From Eledone cirrhosa (Eukaryota), in the NCBI GenBank assembly GCA_964016885.1, contig OZ024741.1, forward strand, positions 276,954,001 to 277,018,000: DNA of 64,000 nt, given 5' to 3'. Below, piece by piece: positions 31,119-48,841 of this stretch. The notes below the pieces were generated by a model, which was given only the letters and a program-made list of their open reading frames with translations, was not told the origin of the DNA and did not search any database. Made by a program: the position numbers and the translations under genes. Positions within the stretch are counted from its first letter, which is position 1; each line of letters starts with the position of its first letter.

Positions 31119-31252
31119 AACGAGTAGGACCCCGACGGCTGAGCTCAAGCCGTTTCGACGGCTAATTCTGGACTATTACCCACTCTACTACCCTAAGTAT
31201 TGAGTACTTTGGTGCGTTATGGTCCACCTGGTTCCTTACCACATTTCTTTCG

Positions 31253-31343
<91 letters not shown>

Positions 31344-31470
31344 CACACAGGGAGGCCCAATAGTCGCAATACATAGGAAATTTTTAAGTTACCATATTTA
31401 TTTATTTTGAATAAATTGTTTCTCATAAAACCTAATTATTTTGTTTATGTATCGTGACTTTTGGGCCACC

Positions 31471-31508
<38 letters not shown>

Positions 31509-31962
31509 ATGAGAAGAAAGAAGAATACTGCGTGGTTGCACATGTGTTACATATGATAAAAATAGTCCTTCGTCAGTGATTTTCCAACCATCATTGGTAT
31601 TTCATCGCATTAAAAATCATATACCTCAGGTTGGTGCGAGCAATAACTAAAAAAAGTTATTGGGACCAGTAAATCGCGTAAAGCGAGGGGGACAAGTAAA
31701 CAACATAGAGGGTTAAAAGCAAACCGAAGTTAGGAGAAAAAACAAGCAACATGGTTGTCCGGTCAGCATAAGCTGGGTGGATTTCATGAGCGAAAGGTAC
31801 AGACCGTCCGACGTGAGTGAGAGGTAAGCAAGAAGAGACCCACTGTAAGCTAAACGGGAGGAAGTGAGAAGGGGAGAAAGAGAGAGTGAGTGGAAGTGCG
31901 AGGAAGAGGTCAGTCGAGAGAAAGTGTAATTGATAGAGGGGGCGAAAGAAGGTGAGAGAAAC

Positions 31963-32069
<107 letters not shown>

Positions 32070-32070
32070 C

Positions 32071-32171
<101 letters not shown>

Positions 32172-32449
32172 TATATATATGTATATATATATATACATAT
32201 GTGTATATATATATATATGTAGATAAATATGTATATATATATATATGTAGATAAATCTACCAAAATTATTTCTGATGACAGCATATATATGTGAAGGTAT
32301 GTATATTTCCTCTGATAGTTTGTAAAATGTTTACATAGATCTATATGATATACATACCAACACACAAATATATCCTAGAAACGATCGTAAAATGATGAAT
32401 TTTTTAATATAAGGAACTTGTTCTTTGTTTTTATTCATTGTTTTTATTA

Positions 32450-32508
<59 letters not shown>

Positions 32509-32531
32509 TATAGATATATAGATATATATAT

Positions 32532-32732
32532 ATGATAATAATAATTGTTTCTACTTTTGGCACAAGGCCAGCAATTTTGCCAGTGCATTATTGGTACTTT
32601 ATTTTATCGACCCCGTAAGAATGAAAGGCAAAGTTAACCTCGTCGAGATTTGAACTCAGAACATAAAGAGCCGTAACTCTATGCTGCAAAACATGGCTTC
32701 ATACCCTCTAGCGATACTACTAATCCACCGCC
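32532..32732 (-). mobile_element. tRNA-derived SINE (same family as 57533-57721); copies at 38670-38870 (full), 27066-27237 and 45231-45401 (internal deletion), tail-only at 638-712, 9133-9208, 19282-19357
   Basis: Minus strand starts GGCGGTGG, has a B-box GAGTTCAAATC, the core CTTTGCCTTTCATTCTTACGGGGTCGATAAAATAAAGTACC and an (ATT)n tail. Confidence 0.82.
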
Positions 32733-32987
32733 GTAATATTATACAAGGGAACAAAGAATCAGTGTTGCATCATATATATATTTAATTACATATTACATAT
32801 GTTTCACTGCCTTTCAGCTCGAGGAACGATCGATTAATGATCGATCCTGACTCTGGAATCGGAAGCTCGTCTGATATCTGTTCACATGTAGACAATTATT
32901 ATTATTGATGCTCTCTTCCCCACGTGCATCAAGTGCTCATCTCAGCATACCGCCTACGGACGCAATTAATTTGTCCCGCTAATACGA

Positions 32988-33019
<32 letters not shown>

Positions 33020-33199
33020 AGGAAAATGTTTGACCCCGACGGCAGAACTCAAGCCGTTTCGACGGCTATTTCTGGACTAAATTAGAATTTTAGCGTGGCA
33101 AATAACTAACCTATTACCCACTCTACTACCCTAAGTATTTAAGTATTGAGTACTCTGGTGCGTTATGGTCCATATGGTTCCTTACCACACCTCCTTCGT

Positions 33200-33309
<110 letters not shown>

Positions 33310-33647
33310 GACCAGAAGTATTGCTGGAAAAGGTGATTAGTTTTTTCTAATTAAAAGGGCCAGCCTTGTCTCACATTGTGTCAAGCTGGATCTCACTAAG
33401 TTACTGCCAAGTCGTAATCTATTTCGAGGCACGTTCACCGTATATTTTTCATGAATTAAATACGTACACACTCACAAACTGAGAAGGGGGGGGGAGAAAT
33501 TGAGAGAGAGGGACAGAGAGAGTTGTAGAGACTGGTCTTTCAAGAGTAATCATACTTTAATGTGCGAAATTGCACGCCAGAAGTTGGCTGTGCCTCTTAT
33601 AAAACTGTATTCCTGTATTTAAGTGTGTGAACCGTGGTTCTATTTCA

Positions 33648-33700
<53 letters not shown>

Positions 33701-33821
33701 GTATCAAATGAGGCAACGGAGTAAAGGACTCGCGTTGTTCCCTGAAATATATGAGGTTAACGAAATTTTCCGTGCTCTTCAAAATATATAGGAGAAAGCA
33801 TGTTCTTTTCATGTATTCTCT

Positions 33822-33863
<42 letters not shown>

Positions 33864-33950
33864 AACAAGTATGGGGTCATACTTGTTCCTATTACCCCCT
33901 CTACTACCCTATGTAGTGAGTACTTCTGGTTCCTTACCACATTTCCTTCG

Positions 33951-34011
<61 letters not shown>

Positions 34012-34202
34012 ATAAAGAAAGAAGAAATATTAGACATAATTAATAAGATAAACCATACCCACATTTCCTCATTATCCTCGACTACGTAGTTTCGTGGCTT
34101 ATTATGTAAGAACACTACATCACAGAGATGCAGTATATGAGGAAATTTAGGTATGGTTTATCTTAATAATTATGTCTAATATTTCTTCTTTCTTTATAAT
34201 AT

Positions 34203-34254
<52 letters not shown>

Positions 34255-34386
34255 CGAAGGAAATGTGGTAAGGAACCAGATGGACCATAACGCACCACAG
34301 TACTCAATACTTAGGGTAGTAGAGTGGGTAATAGGAACAAGTATGACCCCATACTTGTTCCTATGTATATATATATATAGGAACAA

Positions 34387-34438
<52 letters not shown>

Positions 34439-34646
34439 TGTTAGACAGTAAAGGGACACAAACCTGAGATGGACATTTTCCCTTCATCCGTTGTCTACTA
34501 CGGGTCACAGATGTTTCAAGGCATTATAAAAACATCTGTGACCCGTAGTAGACAACTGATGAAGGAAAAATCTCCATCTCTTGTTTGTGTCCCTTTACTT
34601 TCTAACACTCGTATTAGTAACCACAGAGCCTCGTCCCTCTCAATCC

Positions 34647-34745
<99 letters not shown>

Positions 34746-35898
34746 GTGTGGGCCTTCCCTCTTTTCGACGATGATCATTTAGTGGTTCAGTTCTTCCGTT
34801 AATTGAATTAACTACCCGTTATATTACATGTAATTGACTGAATATTCCACAGACACGAGTATCCTTAACTCTAGTCAAATTGAACGTGAACAATCTGTCA
34901 TGTCTAGAACTTTGAATTTCATGTCATGTGATTGAACATAGATCCTCATGATTGAACCTTGAATTTCTTAACTTATTAGCACCAACACCAAAATCAATAT
35001 TCACACCACCACCACCACCACCAACACCACAGTCACCTCCACTACTCCCACCAGCATCACCACCAGCAGCAACATCACCCCCACAGCCACCACCAACACT
35101 ATCACCAGCAACATCACCAGCAGCAACATCACCCCCACAGCCACCACCAACACTATCATCAGCAACATCACCACCACCGGCACAGCCACCCCCACAGCCA
35201 CCACCAACACTATCACCAGCAACATCACCATCAGCAACATCACCCCCACAACCACCACCAACACTATCACCAGCAACATCACCACCACCAGCACAGCCAC
35301 CCCTATTCCCCACACACAAGACCCCCCCCCCCGCTCTTTCTATTTCTCTGTCCCTCTCCCACCTTTTCGAATAAATACTCGCACAAACACACAAACACCC
35401 ACACACACACCCACAAATACACAAACACACATACACACACACACACTCACACACACACAAACACACAAACACACATACACACACAGACACACACAAATAC
35501 ACACACACACACATACACACACACCGACATTTTTCCCATCCAAACAGACACAGGAAAAAGTGAACCCAAACACTCCAATGAACCTATCTTCAAACATTAA
35601 CACCTTCCACCTCCCACCATATCTATTACCTAACCACGGTGATAATCAACCTCCTCTCCCCAGTCCCCACCCCGACTAGTCTGTCTCCGCCCCACCCTTC
35701 TACCTAACATCCTTGAATCTCATCGATACAGTCTACTGCAGCGACACCAGTGAGACATTCCATCAGTTGTTGCTACATCAACATCCCACCACTTGTCTTC
35801 GACAGATATATGATTTTATATATGATTTTATATATATGTATATATATGAATAAATCTGTCTATATATATATATATGAATAAATCTGTGTATATATATA

Positions 35899-36825
35899 TA
35901 CTATATTATATTTTGCGAATAAACTCTCAGTCGTTTACAATAATTAAGCTCCAGGAAAAGGGGCTTTTCCGAGCAGTTAAATACATTAAAATATATGATA
36001 AACACGAAACGCGTTTACATTGCAACAGACAAAGTTAGCTATTAATGAAATAAACTAATTAAAGTGAATACAATTTGTCTGTCTCGATATAAGTCAATAA
36101 AGACAAGCTTATATTGGCAACGGCCATGATTCCTGGACAGATTTAAATTTCAAAATCCAAACCTGTTCCGTAGACGAATTTGAACCTCGAAACCTAAATC
36201 CGTTGTATTTAACTGCTCGAAACCTAAATCCGTTGTATTTAACTGCTCGAAACCTAAATCCGTTGTATTTAACTGCTCGGAAAAGCCCCTTTTCCTGGAG
36301 CTTAATTATTGTAAACGACTGAGAGTTTATTCTCAAAATATAATATAGTATATGGCTCCTTTACTGTAGAGCTGATCTTTAATCCCGCATAAACGGCTGT
36401 TATTTCTAGCACCGTGAATGGGAGACGGCTAGTTTGGCCTGGCTACACACGTGTTGTCAAACCTGCAAAATTTTTGATGTGAGATGTACTAATTTTACTG
36501 GATTCCTGTTGATAAGCACAGAAGATTTGAGTATTTCACTTTTTATTTCTATTCCATTTCGATTCTCTTTATTTTTCAATTCACATACCACCGTTGCGAA
36601 ACGGATTTAGGTTTCGAGGTTCAAATTCGTCTACGGAACAGGTTTGGATTTTGAAATTTAAATCTGTCCAGGAATCATGGCCGTTGCCAATATAAGCTTC
36701 TCTTTATTGACTTATATCGAGACACAAATTGTATTCACTTTAATTAGTTTATTTCATTAATAGCTAACTTTGTCTGTTGCAATGTAAACGCGTTTCGTGT
36801 TTATCATATATTTTAATGTATTTTA

Positions 36826-36830
<5 letters not shown>
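35899..36830. repeat. Interleaved double-inversion element with a 30-bp tandem junction repeat; second copy at 42185-43085
   Basis: 35899-35984 is the reverse complement of 36265-36350, and 35985-36204 is the reverse complement of 36600-36820. The unit GTATTTAACTGCTCGAAACCTAAATCCGTT is reiterated at the junction. Confidence 0.85.
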
Positions 36831-36890
<60 letters not shown>

Positions 36891-37025
36891 AACGAGTAGG
36901 ACCCCGACAGCTGAGCTCAAGCCGTTTCGACGGCTAATTCTGGACTATTACCCACTCTACTACACTAAGTATTGAGTATTTTGGTGCGTTATGGTCCACC
37001 TGGTTCCTTACCACATTTCTTTCGT

Positions 37026-37107
<82 letters not shown>

Positions 37108-37368
37108 GAGAGAAAGGTAGACATTCTATCATCTCCCACTGAATCTATATCTATAGTTAATCCCTTCCCAATCATCAATCCTTCACCCTACCCACCACCC
37201 CACCCCGTCCTGACTAATATGCATACACCCTCCACCACGACCATCACCACCCTCTACTAAGCCATCCTTCAATCTCATTGAACCATTCAGTCAATGACAG
37301 CGACATCAGAGAGAGAAACATTCCAATACTTGTTGCAGCATCAAATGATTAAAATATCACAAACTGTT

Positions 37369-37454
<86 letters not shown>

Positions 37455-37575
37455 AGGAGGCTCAATAGTCGCAATACATAGGAAATTTTTAAGTTACTAT
37501 ATTTATTTATTTTGAATAAATTGTTTCTTATAAAACCTAATTATTTTGTTTATGTATCGTGACTTTTAGGCCACC

Positions 37576-37612
<37 letters not shown>

Positions 37613-38069
37613 TGAGAAGAACGAAGAATACTGCGTGGTTGCACATGGGTTACATATGATAAAAATAGTTCTTCGTCAGTGATTTTCCAACCATCATTGG
37701 TATATCATCACATTAAAAATCATATACCTCAGGTTGGTGCGAGCAATAATTAAAAAAAGTTATTGGGACAAGTAAATCGCGTAAGGCGAGGGGGACAAGT
37801 AAACAACATAGAAGGATAAAAGCAAACCAAAGATAGGAAAAAAAACAAGCAACATGGTTATCCGGTCAGCATAAGCTGGGTGGATTTCATGAGCGAAAGG
37901 TACAGACCGTCCGACGTGAGTGAGAGGTAAGCAAGAAGAGACCCACTACAAGCCAAACGGGAGGAAGTGAGAAGGGGAGAAACAGAGAGTGAGTGAGTGG
38001 AAGTGCGAGGAAGCGGTCAGTCGAGAGAAAGTGTAACTGATAGAGGGGGCGAAAGAAGGTGAGAGAAAC

Positions 38070-38113
<44 letters not shown>

Positions 38114-38185
38114 TATGAAGAGAGAAGAAACATTTAGATATAATTAGTAATAAAATGTATCATACCTAAACTGCTCCTAAATTCC

Positions 38186-38249
<64 letters not shown>

Positions 38250-38255
38250 CATATG

Positions 38256-38289
<34 letters not shown>

Positions 38290-38294
38290 CATAT

Positions 38295-38331
<37 letters not shown>

Positions 38332-38332
38332 C

Positions 38333-38408
<76 letters not shown>

Positions 38409-39363
38409 AGATATATATGTATATATATATATATATATGTAGATAAATCTACCAAAATTATTTCTGAAGACAGCATATATATGTGAAGGTATGTATATTT
38501 CCTCTGATAGTTTGTAAAATATGTTTACATAGATCTATATGATATACATACCAACACACATATATATCCTAGAAACGATCGTAAAATGATGAATTTTTTA
38601 ATATAAGGAACTTGTTCTTTATTTTTATTCATTGTTTTTATAAATTTATATATATATATATATATATATATGATAATAATAATTGTTTCTACTTTTGGCA
38701 CAAGGCCAGCAATTTTGCCAGTGCATTATTGGTACTTTATTTTATCGACCCCGTAAGAATGAAAGGCAAAGTTAACCTCGTCGGGATTTGAACTCAGAAC
38801 ATAAAGAGCCGTAACTCTATGCTGCAAAACATGGCTTCATACCCTCTAGCGATACTACTAATCCACCGCCGTAATATTATACAAGGGAACAAAGAATCAG
38901 TGTTGCATGATATATATATATTTAATTACATATTACATATTTTTCACTGCCTTTCAGCTCGAGGAACGATCGATTAATGATCGATCCTGACTCTGGAATC
39001 GGAAGCTCGTCTGATATCTGTTCACATGTAGACAATTATTATTATTGATGCTCTCTTCCCCACGTGCATCAAGTGCTCATCTCAGCATACCGCCTACCGA
39101 CGGAATTAATTTGTCCCGCTAATACGAATATATATATATATATGTATGTGTGTGTGTAGGAAAATGTTTGTCTCCGACGGCAGAACTCAAGCCGTTTCGA
39201 CGGCTATTTCTGGACTAAATCAGAATTTTAGCGTGGCAAATAACTAGCCTATTACCCACTCTACTACCCTAAGTATTTAAGTATAGAGTACTCTGGTGCG
39301 TTATGGTCCATAAGGTTCCTTACCACACCTCCTTCGTTGTATATAAGCATATATATATATATA

Positions 39364-39501
<138 letters not shown>

Positions 39502-39843
39502 GACCAGAAATATTGCTGGTAAAGGTGATTAGTTTTTTCTAATTAAAAGGGCCAGCCTTGTCTCACAATGTGTCAAGCTGGATCTCACTAAGTTGCTGCC
39601 AAGTCGTAATCTATTTCGAGGCACGTTCACCGTATATTTTTCATGAATTAAATACGACACACTCACAAACTGAGAAGGGGGGGGGGGGGCAGAAATTGAG
39701 AGAGAGGGACAGAGAGAGTTGTAGAGACTGGTCTTTCAAGAGTAATCATACTTTAATGTGCGAAATTGCACGCCAGAAGTTGGCTGTGCCTCTTATATAA
39801 CTGTATTCCTGTATTTAAGTGTGTGAACCGTGGTTCTATTTCA

Positions 39844-39896
<53 letters not shown>

Positions 39897-40025
39897 GTAT
39901 CAAATGAGGCAACGGAGTAAAGGACTCGCGTTGTTCCCTGAAATATATGAGGTTAACGAAATTTTCCGTGCTCTTCAAAATATATAGGAGAAAGCATGTT
40001 CTTTTCATGTATTCTCTCCTATATA

Positions 40026-40069
<44 letters not shown>

Positions 40070-40156
40070 AACAAGTATGGGGTCATACTTGTTCCTATTA
40101 CCCCCTCTACTACCCTATGTAGTGAGTACTTCTGGTTCCTTACCACATTTCCTTCG

Positions 40157-40203
<47 letters not shown>

Positions 40204-40394
40204 ATAAAGAAAGAAGAAATATTAGACATAATTAATAAGATAAACCATACCCGCATTTCCTCATTATCCTCGACTACGTAGTTTCGTGGCTTATTATGCA
40301 AGAACACTACATCACAGAGATGCAGTATATGAGGAAATTTAGGTATGGTTTATCTTAATAATTATGTCTAATATTTCTTCTTTCTTTATAATAT

Positions 40395-40490
<96 letters not shown>

Positions 40491-40622
40491 CGAAGGAAAT
40501 GTGGTAAGGAACCAGATGGACCATAACGCACCACAGTACTCAATACTTAGGGTAGTAGAGTGGGTAATAGGAACAAGTATGACCCCATACTTGTTCCTAT
40601 GTATATATATATATAGGAACAA

Positions 40623-40704
<82 letters not shown>

Positions 40705-40912
40705 TGTTAGACAGTAAAGGGACACAAACCAGAGATGGACATTTTACCTTCATCCGTTGTCTACTACGGGTCACAGATGTTTCAAGGCATTATAAAAACA
40801 TCTGTGACCCGTAGTAGACAACTGATGAAGGAAAAATCTCCATCTCTTGTTTGTGTCCCTTTACTTTCTAACACTCGTATTAGTAACCACAGAGCCTCGT
40901 CCCTCTCAATCC

Positions 40913-41075
<163 letters not shown>

Positions 41076-43092
41076 GTGTGGGCCTTCCCTCTTTTCGACG
41101 ATGATCATTTAGTGGTTCAGTTCTTCCGTTAATTGAATTAACTACCCGTTATATTACATGTAATTGACTGAATATTCCACAGACACGAGTATCCTTAACT
41201 CTAGTCAAATTGAACGTGAACAATCTGACAAGTCTAGAACTTTGAATTTCATGTCATGTGATTGAACATAGATCCTCTTGATTGAACCTTGAATTTCTTA
41301 ACTTATTAGCACCAACACCAAAATCAATATTCACACCACCACCACCACCTCCACAACCACCACCAACATCACAGCCACCACCAACACTATCACCAGCATC
41401 ACCACCAGCAGCAACATTACCCCCACAGCCACCACCAACACTATCACCAGCAACATCACCACCACCAGCACAGCCACCCCCACAGCCACCACCAACACTA
41501 TCACCAGCAACATCACCACCAGCAACATCACCCCCACAGCCACCATCAGCAACATCAGCAACATCACCACCACCAGCACAGCCACCCCTATCCCCCACAC
41601 ACAAGACCCCCCCCCCCCGCTCTTTCTATTTCTCTGTCCCTCTCCCACCTTTTCGAATAAATACTCGCACAAACACACAAACACCCACACACACACCCAC
41701 AAATACACAAACACACATACACACACACACACTCACACACACACAAACACACAAACACACATACACACACAGACACACACAAATACACACACACACACAT
41801 ACACACACACCGACATTTTTCCCATCCAAACAGACACAGGAAAAAGTGAACCCAAACACTCCAATGAACCTATCTTCAAACATTAACACCTTCCACCTCC
41901 CACCATGTCTATTACCTAACCACGGTGATAATCAACCTCCTCTCCCCAGTCCCCACCCCGACTAGTCTGTCTCCGCCCCACCCTTCTACCTAACATCCTT
42001 GAATCTCATCGATACAGTCTACTGCAGCGACACCAGTGAGACATTCCATCACTTGTTGCTACATCAACATCCCACCACTTGTCTTCGACAGATATATGAT
42101 TTTATATATGATTTTATATATATGTATATATATGAATAAATCTGTCTATATATATATATATGAATAAATCTGTGTATATATATATACTATATTATATTTT
42201 GCGAATAAACTCTCAGTCGTTTACAATAATTAAGCTCCAGGAAAAGGGGCTTTTCCGAGCAGTTAAATACATTAAAATATATGATAAACACGAAACGCGT
42301 TTACATTGCAACAGACAAAGTTAGCTATTAATGAAATAAACTAATTAAAGTGAATACAATTTGTCTGTCTCGATATAAGTCAATAAAGACAAGCTTATAT
42401 TGGCAGCGGCCATGATTCCTGGACAGATTTAAATTTCAAAATCCAAACCTGTTCCGTAGACGAATTTGAACCTCGAAACCTAAATCCGTTGTATTTAACT
42501 GCTCGAAACCTAAATCCGTTGTATTTAACTGCTCGGAAAAGCCCCTTTTCCTGGAGCTTAATTATTGTAAACGACTGAGAGTTTATTCTCAAAATATAAT
42601 ATAGTATATGGCTCCTTTACTGTAGAGCTTATCTTTAATCCCGCATAAACGGCTGTTATTTCTAGCACCGTGAATGCGAGACGGCTAGTTTGGCCTGGCT
42701 ACACACGTGTAGTCAGACCTGCAAAATTTTTGATGTGAGATGTACTAATTTTACTGGATTCCTGTTGATGAGCACAGAAGATTTGGATATTTCACTTTTT
42801 ATTTCTATTCCATTTCGATTCTCTTTATTTTTCAATTCACATACCACCGTTGCGAAACGGATTTAGGTTTCGAGGTTCAAATTCGTCTACGGAACAGGTT
42901 TGGATTTTGAAATTTAAATCTGTCCAGGAATCATGGCCGTTGCCAATATAAGCTTGTCTTTATTGACTTATATCGAGACACAAATTGTATTCACTTTAAT
43001 TAGTTTATTTCATTAATAGCTAACTTTGTCTGTTGCAATGTAAACGCGTTTCGTGTTTATCATATATTTTAATGTATTTTAATGTATATATA

Positions 43093-43166
<74 letters not shown>

Positions 43167-43301
43167 AACGAGTAGGACCCCGACAGCTGAGCTCAAGCCG
43201 TTTCGACGGCTAATTCTGGACTATTACCCACTCTAATACACTAAGTATTGAGTATTTTGGTGCGTTATGGTCCACCTGGTTCCTTACCACATTTCTTTCG
43301 T

Positions 43302-43367
<66 letters not shown>

Positions 43368-43626
43368 GAGAGAAAGGTAGACATTCTATCATCTCCCACT
43401 GAATCTATATCTATAGTTAATCCCTTCCCAATCATCAATCCTTCACCCTACCCACCACCCCACCCCGTCCTGACTAATATGCATACCCCCTCCACCACGA
43501 CCATCACCACCCTCTACTAAGCCATCCTTCAATCTCATTGAACCATTCAGTCAATGACAGCGACATCAGAGAGAGAAACATTCCAATACTTGTTGCAGCA
43601 TCAAATGATTAAAATATCACAAACTG

Positions 43627-43729
<103 letters not shown>

Positions 43730-43883
43730 ATATATATATATATATATATATATACAAGGAGGCTGAATAGGAATAGTCGCAATACATAGGAAATTTTTAA
43801 GTTACCATATTTATTTATTTTGAATAAATTGTTTCTTATAAAACCTAATTATTTTGTTTATGTATCGTGACTTTTAGGCCACC

Positions 43884-44022
<139 letters not shown>

Positions 44023-44481
44023 TGAGAAGAACGAAGAATACTGCGTGGTTGCACATGGGTTACATATGATAAAAATAGTTCTTCGTCAGTGATTTTCCAA
44101 CCATCATTGGTATATCATCACATTAAAAATCATATACCTCAGGTTGGTGCGAGCAATAATTAAAAAAAGTTATTGGGACAAGTAAATCGCGTAAGGCGAG
44201 GGGGACAAGTAAACAACATAGAAGGATAAAAGCAAACCAAAGATAGGAAAAAAAACAAGCAACATGGTTATCCGGTCAGCATAAGCTGGGTGGATTTCAT
44301 GAGCGAAAGGTACAGACCGTCCGATGTGAGTGAGATGTAAGAAAGAAGAGACCCACTACAAGCCAAACGGGAGGAAGTGAGAAGGGGAGAAACAGAGAGT
44401 GAGTGAGTGGAAGTGCGAGGAAGCGGTCAGTCGAGAGAAAGTGTAACTGATAGAGGGGGCGAAAGAAGGTGAGAGAAACAG

Positions 44482-44535
<54 letters not shown>

Positions 44536-44607
44536 TATGAAGAGAGAAGAAACATTTAGATATAATTAGTAATAAAATGTATCATACCTAAACTGCTCCT
44601 AAATTCC

Positions 44608-44664
<57 letters not shown>

Positions 44665-44707
44665 ATACATATGTATATATATATATATATGTATATATAT
44701 ACATATG

Positions 44708-44739
<32 letters not shown>

Positions 44740-44740
44740 C

Positions 44741-44833
<93 letters not shown>

Positions 44834-44859
44834 CATATGTATATATATATATATATATG

Positions 44860-44968
<109 letters not shown>

Positions 44969-45894
44969 GATATATATGTATATATATATATATATATATG
45001 TAGATAAATCTACCAAAATTATTTCTGAAGACAGCATATATATGTGAAAGTATGTATATTTCCTCTGATAGTTTGTAAAATATGTTTACATAGATCTATA
45101 TGATATACATACCAACACACATATATATCCTAGAAACGATCGTAAAATGATGAATTTTTTAATATAAGGAACTTGTTCTTTATTTTTATTCATTGTTTTT
45201 ATAAATTTATATATATATATATATATATATATGATAATAATAATTGTTTCTATTTTGGCACAAGGCCAGCAATTTTGCCAGTGCATTATTGGTACTTTAT
45301 TTTATCGACCCCGTAAGAATGAAAGGCAAAGTTAACCTCGTCGGGATTTGAACTCACAACATAAAGAGCCGTAACTCTATGCTGCAAAACCCTCTAGCGC
45401 CGTAATATTATACAAGGGAACAAAGAATCAGTGTTGCATGATATATATATATTTAATTACATATTACATATGTTTCACTGCCTTTCAGCTCGAGGAACGA
45501 TCGATTAATGATCGATCCTGACTCTGGAATCGGAAGCTCGTCTGATATCTGTTCACATGTAGACAATTATTATTATTGATGCTCTCTTCCCCACGTGCAT
45601 CAAGTGCTCATCTCAGCATACCGCCTACGGACGCAATTAATTTGTCCCGCTAATACGAATATATATATATATATGTGTGTGTGTGTGTAGGAAAATGTTT
45701 GTCTCCGACGGCAGAACTCAAGCCGTTTCGACGGCTATTTCTGGACTAAATCAGAATTTTAGCGTGGCAAATAACTAGCCTATTACCCACTCTACTACCC
45801 TAAGTATTTAAGTATTGAGTACTCTGGTGCGTTATGGTCCATAAGGTTCCTTACCACACCTCCTTCGTTGTATATAAACATATATATATATATA

Positions 45895-46006
<112 letters not shown>

Positions 46007-46370
46007 GACCAGAAATATTGCTGGTAAAGGTGATTAGTTTTTTCTAATTAAAAGGGCCAGCCTTGTCTCACAATGTGTCAAGCTGGATCTCACTAAGTTA
46101 CTGCCAAGTCGTAATCTATTTCGAGAGACGTTCACCGTATGTTTCACATGAATTAAATACGTACATACTCACAAACTGAGAAGGGGGGGGGGGGGGAGAA
46201 ATTGAGAGAGAGGGACAGAGAGAGTTGTAGAGACTGGTCTTTCAAGTGTAATCATACTTTAATGTGCGAAATTGCACGCCAGAAGTTGGCTGTGCCTCTT
46301 ATATAACTGTATTCCTGTATTTAAGTGTGTGAACCGTGGTTCTATTTCACACACACACGCACACACACAA

Positions 46371-46402
<32 letters not shown>

Positions 46403-46525
46403 GTATCAAATGAGGCAACGGAGTAAAGGACTCGCGTTGTTCCCTGTAATATATGAGGTTAACGAAATTTTCCGTGCTCTTCAAAATATATAGGAGAAAG
46501 CATGTTCTCTTCATGTATTCTCTCC

Positions 46526-46591
<66 letters not shown>

Positions 46592-46638
46592 TAGGAACAA
46601 GTATGGGGTCATACTGGTTCCTTACCACATTTCCTTCG

Positions 46639-46691
<53 letters not shown>

Positions 46692-46881
46692 ATAAAGAAA
46701 GAAGAAATATTAGACATAATTAATAAGATAAACCATACCTACATATCCTCATAATCCTCGACTACGTAGTTTCGTGGCTTATTATGCAAGAACACTACAT
46801 CACAGAGATCAGTATATGAGGAAATTTAGGTATGGTTTATCTTAATAATTATGTCTAATATTTCTTCTTTCTTTATAATAT

Positions 46882-47017
<136 letters not shown>

Positions 47018-47156
47018 ACGAAGGAAATGTGGTAAGGAACCAGATGGACCATAACGCACCACAGTACTCAATACTTAGGGTAGTAGAGTGGGTAATAGGA
47101 ACAAGTATGACCCCATACTTGTTCCTATGTATATATATATATAGGAACAAGTATAT

Positions 47157-47213
<57 letters not shown>

Positions 47214-47420
47214 TGTTAGACAGTAAAGGGACACAAACCAGAGATGGACATTTACCTTCATCCGTTGTCTACTACGGGTCACAGATGTTTCAAGGCATTA
47301 TAAAAACATCTGTGACCCGTAGTAGACAACTGATGAAGGAAAAATCTCCATCTCTTGTTTGTGTCCCTTTACTTTCTAACACTCGTATTAGTAACCACAC
47401 AGTCTCGTCCCTCTCAATCC

Positions 47421-47491
<71 letters not shown>

Positions 47492-48588
47492 GTGTGGGCC
47501 TTCCCTCTTTTCGACGATGATCATTTAGTGGTTCAGTTCTTCCGTTAATTGAATTAACTACCCGTTATATTACATGTAATTGACTGAATATTCCACAGAC
47601 ACGAGTATCCTTAACTCTAGTCAAATTTAACGTGAACAATCTGTCATGTCTAGAACTTTGAATTTCATGTCATGTGATTGAACATAGATCCTCTTGATTG
47701 AACCTTGAATTTCTTAACTTATTAGCACCAACACCAAAATCAATATTCACACCACCACCACCACCTCCACAACCACCACCAACATCACAGTCACCTCCAC
47801 TACTCCCACCAGCAACATCACCATCAGCAACATCACCCCCACAACCACCACCAACACTATCACCAGCAACATCACCACCAACAGCACAGCCACCCCTATT
47901 CCCCACACACAAGACCCACCCACCCTCTTTCTATTTCTCTGTCCCTCTCCCACCTTTTCGAATAAATACTCGCACAAACACACGCACACACACACACAAA
48001 TACACATACACACACACACACTCACACACACACATAAACACACACACTCTCACACACACACACACACAAACACACATACACACAGACACACACAAACTCA
48101 CACACACACAACATCACACGCACACACATACACACACACACACAAACACACACACAGACATTTTCCCCATCGAAACACACACAAACACAGAGGAAAAAGT
48201 GAACCCAAACACTCCAATGAACCTATCTTCAAACATTAACACTTTTCCACCTCCCACCATGTCTATTACCTAACCACGATGAATAATCAACCTCCTCTCC
48301 CCAGTCCCCACCCCGACTAGTCTGTCTCCACCCCACCCCTCTACCTAACATCCTTGAATCTCATCGATACAGTCTACTGCAGCGACACCAGTGAGACATT
48401 CCATCACTTGTTGCTAGCATCAACATCCCACCACTTGTCTTCGACCCGGACGGTTGCTTAGACAGATAGATGATTTTATATATATGTATATATATGAATA
48501 AATCTGTCTCTCTCACTCTCTCTCTCTATATATATGAATAAATCTGTGTATATATATATTATATATGTGTATATATATATATATATAC

Positions 48589-48769
<181 letters not shown>

Positions 48770-48793
48770 CATGAATAAATCTGTATATATGTA

Positions 48794-48841
<48 letters not shown>

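Noticed and set aside
34952-35374. Pro/Thr-rich mucin- or extensin-like ORF MNLEFLNLLAPTPKSIF... present in most units with variable repeat number
   Set aside because: It starts at TTG, is built from ACC/CCA triplet-derived repeats that stay open trivially, and runs into (CT)n/(CA)n in different frames in different copies. A non-coding VNTR inside a repeat is the simpler reading.
35985-36022. ATGATAA-ACAC-GAAACGCGTT-TACATT as a minimal HHR
   Set aside because: The core box has two defects and there is no helix II; it may be chance or a very old remnant.
36186-36280. CRISPR-like 30-bp repeats
   Set aside because: Head-to-tail tandem copies with no spacers and no cas genes, in a eukaryotic context.
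45018-45083. CTGAAGA...GAAA...GTA motif (also ~32270 and ~38463) as an HHR
   Set aside because: Helix III does not pair, and the other copies read GAAG.
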